From the human T2T-CHM13v2.0 reference genome, Homo sapiens, in assembly GCF_009914755.1 (NCBI RefSeq), contig NC_060933.1: a stretch of DNA of 64,000 bases. One strand, 5' to 3'. Below the pieces are notes generated by a model. The model was not told the origin of the DNA and did no database searches. It saw only the letters and a program-made list of their open reading frames with translations. Each line of letters begins with the position of its first letter. The stretch's first letter is position 1. Position numbers and translations under genes: made by a program. This document shows positions 53,400-64,000 of the stretch, in pieces.

Positions 53400-55430
53400 G
53401 ATGTTAATTAACATTTATTTATTACTATCATTTGACTTCCCATTTAAGTTTTACCTCTTCTCTTAATAATATCCTTTATAACAAAAAGACACACGTTTAG
53501 TTTTTATTACACTTTACTTCCTTTAAATCTGGAGTACTTTCTCAAACTTTCCTTAATTTTTATGACCCTGCTGATTTTGAAGATTACAGACCATCTGTAT
53601 TATAGAATATGCCACAATTTGGATTTTTGATGTATCCTAATAAACTATATTTAAATTATGTTTTTGACAAGAATATCAAATAAGTAATGCCATATTCTTC
53701 TCATGCCATCAAGTGGAATATATTTTTGATGTATCTCATTATGAATAATATTCATTTTGATTACCAGATTAAGGTGGGATATGACAGATTTTTCCACTGT
53801 AAATTTACTTGTTTGCCCTTTGTGATTATTATTTTTTTAACTTTCATTTAAACCTCAGGGGTACATGTGTAGGTATGTTATAAACTCATGTCATGGGGGT
53901 TTGTTGTACAGATTATTTTGTCACCCAGGTATTGAGTCTTGTACTCAGTAGTTATTTTCCCTTATCCTCTCCCTCATCCCACCCTCCACCCTCAGGTAGG
54001 TTCCAGTGTCTGTTGTTCCCCTCCATGCATCCATGTGTTGTCATCATTGAGCTCCCACTTATAAGTGAGAACATGTGGTACTTTTCTGTTCTTGCATTAG
54101 TTTGCTCAGGTTAATGGCTTCCAGTTTCATCCATGTTCCTGCAAAGGACATGATCTCATTCTTTTTTAGGGCTGCATAGTATTCCACGGTATATACATAC
54201 CTATATATATACACCACATTTTCTTTAATCAGTCTACCACTGATGGGCATTTAGGTTAATTCCATGTCTTTGCTTTTGTGAATAGTGCTGCAGTGAACAT
54301 ATGTGTGCATGTGTTTTTATGACAGAATGATTTGTATTCCCTTGGGTATATGCCCAGTAACAGGATTGCTGGGTTGACTGGTAGTTCTGTTTTTAGCTCT
54401 TTGAGGAAGTGCCACTCTTCTTTTCACAATGGTTGAATTAATTTATACCATTTACATTTTTATATCACTATGGTCTCATAGGATACAAGTTTATTCAATG
54501 GTTATAATCTGTAACTATTAATGTTTATACTCAAATTGTTCCAGATTTGTTTTGTAGGAGTGTCTTCAGTCTCAGTTGTGTGTCCTTTTGCCCTGCCCTC
54601 ATCACTCTTCAAGTATTTCTCCTCACAATCTAATATTTGTCTGCTCCCACTGTGGTATCAGCTATTTTTCCAGGAATCCATGCTTTCTTATTGTGGAGAA
54701 TAGCTTTAGCAATCAAGATCTGGGAAGCAGGTATGCTTATGGTTTTGTAGGTGTTGCTGATTGACCCTCTCAGTAGATAGGCCTGGGAAATACTTCATCT
54801 TTATATGTAGATATTTACATATCTAACTATAAACATATTTATTTTTCTATATATATCTTTACATAGTTCTATCTCTGCATGTTTTAAACCATGAGTTGAC
54901 TCCAATATCTGCAATTTAAATCCAACACAACGGGATTAATTCTCATTTTCTCCCTTTTTTGACAATGAGAAACTTGATTCCCATTATCCTTAATATTGTT
55001 GTTTACTTGATCCAGTTTTCATTTTGGTTACATATTCAAGCAATTATTGTAACTGCCATTGCCACTGCTCCATCCACGTCACCTTACACCTAAATGCTCC
55101 CTCACCTTGCTTAAGCGCTGGCACTCTGCGCCAAAGCCTTACATTACCTCTCCACTTGAGTGAACACTCTCCTTACCTCATTCATGCTCTGAACATCAGG
55201 CTGCTTGCACTATTGCCCTTTGAGTGGGAATGCTCACCACTTGCTTGGGCTCTGAAAACCCACCTTAGGGTGCCCTTCTGTAAGGATACCCACTCACTTT
55301 TCTCTTCAGAGCTCTGTACCACAGACGTCATAGTCATCCCTCTTGGGTTCCAGCATCCCAGGCTAGGCTACTGTGACCTCCCTAGGATGTGGGTGCCTAC
55401 TTTCCTTGGATCCACTGAATGGCCTTTGGA
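53400..55430 (-). mobile_element. Ancient L1MC-type 3' region, interrupted by an L1PA fragment
   Basis: 'tttatgaccctgctgattttgaagattacagacc', 'cagattttccactgtaaa', 'cagctatttttccaggaatccatgcttt'. Confidence 0.6.
53830..54447 (-). mobile_element. L1PA13-16-like 3' fragment
   Basis: 'caggggtacatgtgtagg...gggtttgttgtacagattattttgtcacccagg'; same type as 3420-4000. Confidence 0.9.
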
Positions 55431-58400
55431 CTGCAACGGAGGGGAGAGAAGAGAAGAGAATGAAAGGGAAGAGGGAAGAAGAAGAGGGGGAGATGTACAA
55501 ATTCTTAAGAAAATCTGTATCAGAATTAGAATTCAAAGAATGGCGATACTCCTTGATTTCTGATTATTTAGCATTTTGTTTTTGTCTTGGTGTGCATAGA
55601 GCTAGTTGAGGGATTTGGAACTATGGGTAAAGTAAATCTGGCAGCCAAAATTAAGGCCTGTTAACGAAATGCTTACTGATATAGGTGGCACTCTAACCCC
55701 ATGCTAAAAGATGTCAAAATTAAGAATTTATTGGATAAAGTCTTTTCTGAAAACAATTTTCTTGGTCACTATAATTGGTAAAATGTCAACCAGTCAATAG
55801 TCTGGGAACAAAGTTAGATGTACAGATGAATCTCTATACAGATAGAGTGAGGCAAGGTTCTAGCTCTCTTGGAGCTGGGTTATGGTGGCCCTGGCTAACA
55901 TGAAATCCGTGGTGCTCTTTTAGCTACAGCCTGTGGTAGAAACTAGGTCAAATATTCAGCCCAGCTCAAATTTCCCTGTTAGTCTTAGGAAGGACAACAT
56001 TAGTACTAAATGACTTAGACTCCCTGACCACAGCTAATCCAGCAGGAGTTTACCTTTGGCTTGAAAGTGCCCAATTAGCTTCTTTTCCCAGGAATTTGGA
56101 TCTGAGGCGCAGTTACTCTGGTCATTCTTTTTAGAACACTTAAGCAAGCTGTGGTTGACATAGCCAGTGGTTCCTCATAAGAAAGTAGATCAGAAAAAGC
56201 TGTTATATAGAAAGAAAGACAATAAAGTAGAAACATTTAGAGAAAAGCAGAAAAATAAGACCCTTTAGCTCCTGAGAGTTGCTACTTTAGTTCCAGCTAA
56301 TTTTAAATTCCTAATTTGCTCTCTTTTTCTGGGGTTCATTGAGATTTTCCTGCAATTTTCCAACAACTCCTTCTCTCCCTGCCATTTAACTTTGTTGGTA
56401 TAACTTTATTTCTCTTCCATGCAACCAGATAATTCCCAGCTAAGAAAATCTTCTCAGGCATGGGTAAGACCTGAGCCATGCTTGAAAGGAGGCCACATTC
56501 ATGATGGTCAAACAGCACTATTACTTATAGCAGTTCCATTCTGTTTCTTTTATGCATGGAGAATTATTTCAAGAGAAGCATGAGAAAGCTAGAAGCCTGC
56601 TAGTGCTGGAAGGAGTGATTCCTCCTCCCTCTTCTACCATGCTTGAAGCTCTGTCTAATATTTTAGCTGTTCCTCTAAAGATAAATGTCCTAGTAATGAA
56701 GCATGCCTTTCAAATTTTATTATTTGAGGTATTTTTGTAAATATTCTTCAGCTTCTCTTCCATTTCCCTTGTTTCAATTAAAAAGCTTTAATGAAAAAGT
56801 CTTATTAAAATTCTTATTAAACAATGGTTTAATAAATTAATCATTTATATAATTCTTTTAGGGTGCACTTGAATTTGAATATAATAAATGCTTATTAACA
56901 GTAAAAATATATGAGAATAAAAGCAAGGGTAAAATAGTGTATTTTCAGCTCCCCATGTCTTTTCTGTGTTTAATATGCAGGATTGCCACAACATTTTAAG
57001 CTTGATCTCCATTATTGAGTGTTTTCTTAATTTCACAAACATGTTCGCTCTGAAACAAATGAAACTGTAATTCCTTGTCAGATGTAGCATTTTAACAGTT
57101 TCAAAGATATTTGTAATTATGTACATTTCAATAATATTGGAAGTGGGATCTTTGTTTAGTCCTATGTATTATTTCAGCTACTTAGGTAATTATGGTAAAG
57201 TACTAGACTGTAATTGAAATAAGACAAGAGTAATATGAACAGCAGCACAAAAATCTATTATGCTGTGGTGTGTAAGGTATTTCGTGTTCATTTTAATAAG
57301 TCATAACTTTGTCAACTTGGTGAATTTGTTCTTGAGGGAAAGATTAAGCCAGGTTTTAAAAATAATTTCCAGATATCACTTAATGGGAAGGATGTGCTAT
57401 GGAGGTGCTGATATTTAGGTGTTTGGGGATTTAAAATAGAAATGCTAGAGATCCATCCCAACATAGAGTTTGCAGAGCAGGGGTAGTCCAGTAGAACTCC
57501 TGCATTTTACTCTATCTTTTCTCTTAAGATGGGTTAAATAAAGGGAAAAAGAATCTCATTTTCAAAGAAGAAGAGCTGGGACAGGACAATATTGTGGAGG
57601 AATAATGCTTTTCCCTTGTACTTTCCCTGGGTCTTCAGGAAAAATGATGGAACTGGGTTTATCTTTTATTAAAATTTGGAGTTATATCCAAGATGAGGAG
57701 CCCTGTATGCCATTCCTTGACTGGAGTGTTTTGACTGAGAGGAGATGCAGATCCATTTCAAATATATAACACCAAGGAGGAAAAATGCCAGAGGGATGAT
57801 GTAGGGGCATAGCATATGGGAATAGAAGAAGAAAACTTTTTCTCTGTCTCCCTTTTTCTCCCTCATTCCCTGTCATTTCTCTTTGACAAGAAAAAGGATA
57901 TCACCAATCCTTATATATCTCCAAATGGGGCTTTGGATAGAAGATGGGGCTTATTAGTCTTATCAAAGTCCACCTTAGTGAAGAGCAAATAGACATTTTC
58001 ATTGGAAGAATGCAGACATAGGGCTAGGAGTTGGAGTGGGAAGCTACCAGATGAAAGTGGCACTGTATTTTTCATTAGAAGAACGCAGAAAAGGGCTCCC
58101 AGATGGAAGTGGCACTGTATCTTCTCACATTGATGCCTGAAATCCTTGTGCCCCAATGGACTGTATCTGATGTATTTAGACCTATTGGATTTTTACCTGC
58201 CCATACTGATTCCATAGACAAGACTATGAGTTGGACTATCATCACAAGCTAACAGAAAAGCAAATAGAGTACACTCTCCCTACCAAGAATGTGTGTCAAA
58301 TATCACACTTTACTCTCCCTTTCCTTATCAATACTAGTAAATCCAAGAAGAAAACAGTAAGAAGGATTAGATCTTTCCCTTCCTTAGTGATCTCAAAAGT

Positions 58401-58626
58401 CATTCACAGCAGATGTTTGCAATTTCTTCCTGATAGAAACTCAAAAATGACTACAAGAAATAGTGAAGTTATTACTAACTGCAAGCTTAAAAATGCATGT
58501 ATTATAAAGGTTTGTAGGATCTCAGCAAAAAAGTAATATTATGTATTAAGAGAAATAAAACCAGTACATGTTTGTGCATGGCCAAGTTGATACTTTTGAT
58601 TTTACCTGTGAAATTAGTTTTGAGTC

Positions 58627-59346
<720 letters not shown>

Positions 59347-60692
59347 GAAAAGCAGTACGGTGAAGTGAGTAAAAGTAATCTTAGAGATGACTTAAATGTT
59401 TGTGATCAGAATGTTGGTAGAAATTTGGATAGTAAAGGCCACTCTGATGAGGTCTCAGACAGAAAAAAGAAACAGGTATTGGAAACTGGATTAAAGACCA
59501 TCCTTATTACATTGTGGCAAAGAGCTTGACTGAATTGTGTCCATGCCCGGGGGCTTTATGGGAGGCAGGATTTGAGAGCAATGAACTAAAATATTCAGTG
59601 GGGAAATTTCTAAGGAACATATTGAAGATGCTGCATGGCGTCTTTTAACTGCATGCAGTAAAATTGAGAGAGGAAGAAATGATTTAAAAATAGACTTTAT
59701 AATTAAAAGAAAGCAGAATTTAGAGACGTGAAGAATTATTAGCCTGGCTATGTGGTAGAGAATGAAAGAGCATTTTCAAGAGTGGAAGCTAAGCACATGG
59801 CTAAGCAACTGATTGACAAAGAGATTAGTATGGATGGAACAAAACCAGAGGCTTTTAATTAATTAGGAGAATGATCCTATAAGTACATTAGCGATTACAG
59901 GTGCCTCTCCTGTCATCAGAGGTATAAAGTGCCCAGGCCTAGGGAAGGAAATATGTCAAAAGATAGGCCTAGGGTCTCCTGGAGAGCTGGTGTTCAGTGC
60001 TCAAGGGTGCCTCCCGTCTTCTCCCTGCATTTTAGTTCGGTACTACTTAGTGGCTCCAGATGTGGCTTAATGGGACTTAGGTATGGCTCAGGCCATACCT
60101 AAGGCACAAGTAGCAGAGATTTATCACATGTGGTGAGGCCATTACAGAGAATCCTCACTAAAGGTATCACCCCGAAGACCCCAGAACTGTAGTGCTACCA
60201 GTGTTTAACACCAGCCTGGGAGAGCCGCTACATGAGCTACACCAAATAAAGTCACAAGGGCAGGGCTGCCTGAGTTCTTGAATGCCAAATCCCCACCCTG
60301 GTGTGCCCAGAATATGGGACATGAATTTAAGAAAGATTATTCTGAGCCTTAAAATTTAGTATTTTTCTTATTGGGATTTAAACTTACTAGGGACCAGTTA
60401 TCCCTTTTTTCTTGCCCGTTTCTCACTTTGGGAACAGGAATGTCAGTCCTATGCGTGCTCCACCATTGTATTTTGGAAGTAGATAGCCTTTTTTAACAGG
60501 CTCACAGTTGGAGGGAAATTTGGCTTAGGATAAATTTCACTTGAGTTTCTCTCACATCTGATTCTAATGAGACTCTGGACTTCAGACTTTTGAGCTGATA
60601 CAGGAACGAGTTATGACTTTTGGGACTATGGGACGGAATGAATGTATTGTGCTCATGAGCAGAACATGAATTTGGGGAACCAGGAGCATCAT
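59347..60692 (+). mobile_element. MaLR (MST/MLT1A) internal region
   Basis: Homologous to the THE1-int at 10.7-12.3 kb ('ctgatgaggtctcagac', 'ggaaactgg', 'ccattgtattttggaagta', 'ctctggacttcagacttttgagctgat'). Confidence 0.88.
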
Positions 60693-61030
60693 TATATTAT
60701 TTGAATATGTTTCCCAAAAGTTATGTGTCAGAAACTTAATTCCTAACTCAACATTTTGGGATTTAGGACCTTTTGGGAGGTATTTAGGTCATGAGGGCAG
60801 AGCCCTTATAAATTGATTAACCCTGCTATGAAAAGAGATGTGAGAGTGGGTTTGCTTACTCTTGTCCTTTTATCTTCCACCATGTGTAGAAGAAGCAAGG
60901 CCCTGACCAGATGCTACCTCTTTGACCTTGGACTTTCCAGGGTCCAGAACTGTGAGAAATAAATTTAGGTTTTTCATAAGTTACTCAATGTGTGTTATTG
61001 TGTTATGGTAGCACAATATAGAGTAAGACA
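60693..61030 (+). mobile_element. MST/MLT1A-type 3' LTR
   Basis: 'tttgaatatgtttcccaaaagttatgtgtcagaaacttaatt...gggaggtatttaggtcatgaggg...ccagaactgtgagaaataaattt...gagtaagaca'. Confidence 0.88.
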
Positions 61031-62499
61031 TACACACAAACAAGTTATAAAATAGAAAGAATTTTAAATCTATTGCTTTGATTCATATTTATTTTCTTAT
61101 CTACAGTGCCACAGAGTGTTTATTCCTACATGTCCCACAGGAGACCATCAGTGCTTTGAATCATCCTTAGCGGAAATCTTGGTATATTGTTTGCTCGGTA
61201 ATTTGTTGTGGCTCTTTTGATAAAAAGGAGAACTTTTTAGGATTACTTCTGATGTGTTTTATTTTCTTCTCTTCATAACTCAAAAGGAACACATGAACAG
61301 CGGTTGAAAGAATATCCCAATTATATTGTGTTTAGAGCATCTGCAGAGTTGGTCCTGGAGGCTTGGGTGAGGGAAACCACAGCTGTGAAGCTTTGCTCCT
61401 GCTCCTAGCACAGATGCCAAAGCAGATGGAAGGGCAGGGATCATCTGCAGAAAGACTTCAGATCTCCAACATGAGTAAAGAGTGAAAAGCATAGCGGGCA
61501 TTGCTGAAATGGCTAGATTGATAGGCTCTACACTCCCAGGAGCAGCAGAGGCAACAAACTCTCCCCACTCTGTGCCTCAGACAGAAACATGATGAATGGT
61601 GTGTGTGTAGTCATCTTCAATCCTTTTACAGCTTGTGCTTCTTTATTCCAACAGGCCCTCATTTGGTGCTTTGCCTGGAAATTGTTCTGATGCTGTTTAT
61701 GTTTCAAATGCTTAGAAAAACAGTTCTATTAAGGTTGTATGCCAAAACACAGGCTAGTCTGAATAACAGGAAGGATGGAGTAAATTTGGGTCTGCTAATC
61801 TGCAAAAGAAAATATTAAATATGCTCTCTCTGGAGAACAGTAACAAACACTTTGCATGTGGCTGTGCTAAATTTACTGCAGGAACTATAAGTGTTAAAAT
61901 GCCAGCCGTGTAAATGGGCCATGGGGTGGTAAAAGGTTGACAGGATGATTATGCTTGAGGGGCCACTGTTACGTATGTCCTTCGGACAGCAGTTTGGAAG
62001 AGCTTCAGAGACACTAATTAATTCTGCCCCACAGTGAGGGGTGGTAACCAGTAGCCCAGTGGGAGGCTGAGCTATAGAGCTCTGTCTGAGGTTAGAGGAC
62101 CAGGAAAACACTTCAGGGTCTGTCTAAGTTGATTCTCAAGAGAAAAGCTCTTTAATCTTATTTAAGGTTACAAAGTCTTTGGCCTCATGCAAAACATTTC
62201 ATCTTGTGCAATTTTCAGCTGTTCTTATCATCTGAATAAAGTAATAGGATAAATCAAGCAACTCAAAAAGATGAGTAGAATTTCATTCTTTTAAAATGCT
62301 AATTATAGCCTAAGAATATCAATTCTCAGCCTCTTCTAATCACCAAATCTCTTTCTTGAATACAATTTAGATTCCTCTATTGAATTTCTTATGGCTCCAA
62401 TCATAGAACTCATTGGATTTTTCCCCTGAAATCCCTAAACAGGGATAGCCTAGATTCCTGGGAGGAGTAATGGAAAACTCTGACTTTCTGTGCAGAATT

Positions 62500-62858
62500 C
62501 AGATATTTTTTGACTCATGATGGAATTTCATCCCAATAAACCCATGATAAATTAAAAATATTTTAAGTTAAAATGCATTTAATATACCTAATGCAGTGAA
62601 CATCATACTTAACCAACCTTAAATATGTTCAGAACACTTATATTAGCCTATGGCTGGGCAAAATCATCTAACAAAAAGCCTATTTCATAATGAAATACTG
62701 AATCTCTTAAGTAATTTATTTAATGCTATACTAAAAATGAAAAACAAAATGGTTGTATGGGTACTTGAAGTAAGGATTCTATTGACTGTGTATTGTTTTC
62801 CCACTATCATAAAGTCAAAAAATTGTAAGTTGAACTATCATTAGTTGGGGACTCTCTG
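62500..62858. mobile_element. MER47A (TcMar-Tigger) MITE
   Basis: 'cagatattttttgactcatgatgg...cccaataaacccatg...gggcaaaatcatctaacaaaaagcc...gttggggactctctg' followed by TA; about 360 bp. Confidence 0.88.
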
Positions 62859-63019
62859 TAGTGCCATCCACAAGCTAAACTGGACACACAGAACTTTAGA
62901 ATAGCATAGCTTTGCAGTAGGCGAGTTTTTGGTTAAGAATTTTATCCTATATTTTATTTATTGTTTCAGATATAATTTAATTAACAGTTATTTGTACTTT
63001 TCTTGTAACATTTAATGAA

Positions 63020-63250
63020 GAGAGTTAATATTTATTGAGTATTTACTTTGTCCAGGCAATGTACTACTATATATAAATTATCTGATTTATTTCTCCCTTG
63101 ACTATTAGCAATAGGTATGAGTTTTATAGGTAATAAAATTTATGTAAGATATACTTATATAATTAAGATATAGTACTGTAGCATGTCGTGCAGTGTTCTG
63201 GCATAAAGTTACGCTGGATATAGTTGGGTAACAATTATAGTAATAATCTA
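63020..63250. mobile_element. MIR fragments
   Basis: 'atttattgagtatttactttgtccaggcaatgtacta'. Confidence 0.55.
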
Positions 63251-64000
63251 TTACTTGATACAGTGGTGGGGTTTTATGACAATAGAATTGTTGCTACTCA
63301 AGCCTTTTCATTTTACCTATAATGTTTTTGAGGCAGTGAGATAATTAGGGGTGAGGGGAGAGAAAGGAACAATAAAAGGAAAGAAGAAAGAAGAGAATAG
63401 GGAGGGAGGAAGAACTGAGTACTAATTAAATAAAACAAAAAAATTCTGAAGAATGAATAATGCATATCTGGTGGAACATAATTTATAAAGTAATGATTAA
63501 CAGAACAATAGGACAAAGGATTGTTTATCATTAAAATGTACTGTAAATTAACCTTTACAAATACATTTCCACTATGTACTTTTCGACTGATTTATAGTAT
63601 CCTGTCTTCAATAATTTGAAAAGTGCTAAAACTCTTTATTTGAAATGTAAGTAAACTGATCTAAATTATGATTTTATCCATATTTTCTATAATATAGGTA
63701 AATGTTTTAAAGTCTCTGTAGTCTGATGAATGAAATTTTGATGTAATAGCATTGTACTGATTTAGTCTCTCCGTAAATTTGGACTGAACATTTAACCATA
63801 CTGTGACAAAATTATTTTTTTCTGTAAATGACAGAAGGTGGTTAGAATAATCTTCTTTTAACCATTTTTATAGTGACATGGTTAGAATAATAATAAAGAA
63901 AAAACCATAAGCCCTCTCAAATAATCTATCAGCAGGGACTCTTCGGATCTTTCTGAAGATATTTTTACTCTTTGAGGCTTTAAGAAAATAAGTTAGTTTT

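Noticed and set aside
55024-55563. 179-aa ORF as a novel protein
   Set aside because: Non-ATG start, overlaps a decayed C-rich repeat and a purine tract, and has no recognisable domain.
63836-63895. tggttagaataat repeated twice, and similar short doublets at 43797 and 56800
   Set aside because: Too short and AT-rich to distinguish from ordinary slippage or chance.

Overview
Primate, very probably human, AT-rich, CpG-poor, non-coding DNA dominated by transposable elements. I recognise no host protein-coding exon, RNA gene or CpG island, and every long ORF in the track that I can assign lies in a repeat. The first 27.5 kb is an almost continuous LINE-1 cluster. At its core is a nested stack: an old, originally full-length L1 (3420-20425, minus strand) carrying (a) a 5-kb young L1PA with a twin-priming 5' inversion and 12-bp TSD, (b) a THE1 MaLR provirus, (c) a second L1PA whose insertion coincides with loss of about 1 kb, and (d) Alus. 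The rest holds MIR/L2/MLT fossils, about 11 Alus (one an AluYa5 with all five diagnostic bases), a MADE1 MITE, a Ricksha MULE transposon with its MLT2B passenger and a readable FLYWCH zinc-finger remnant, an MST/MLT1A-type provirus and a MER47A. The least explained structures are a 130-bp fold-back palindrome found in only one LTR of the MST element, a 107-bp near-identical copy of sequence from 2.2 kb away at a truncated-Alu junction, several small templated-duplication scars, and a speculative LTR-initiated spliced transcript near 60.9-61.4 kb. I found no convincing new biological system. Subfamily names come from recalled consensus motifs, not a search, and boundaries of old repeats are approximate.
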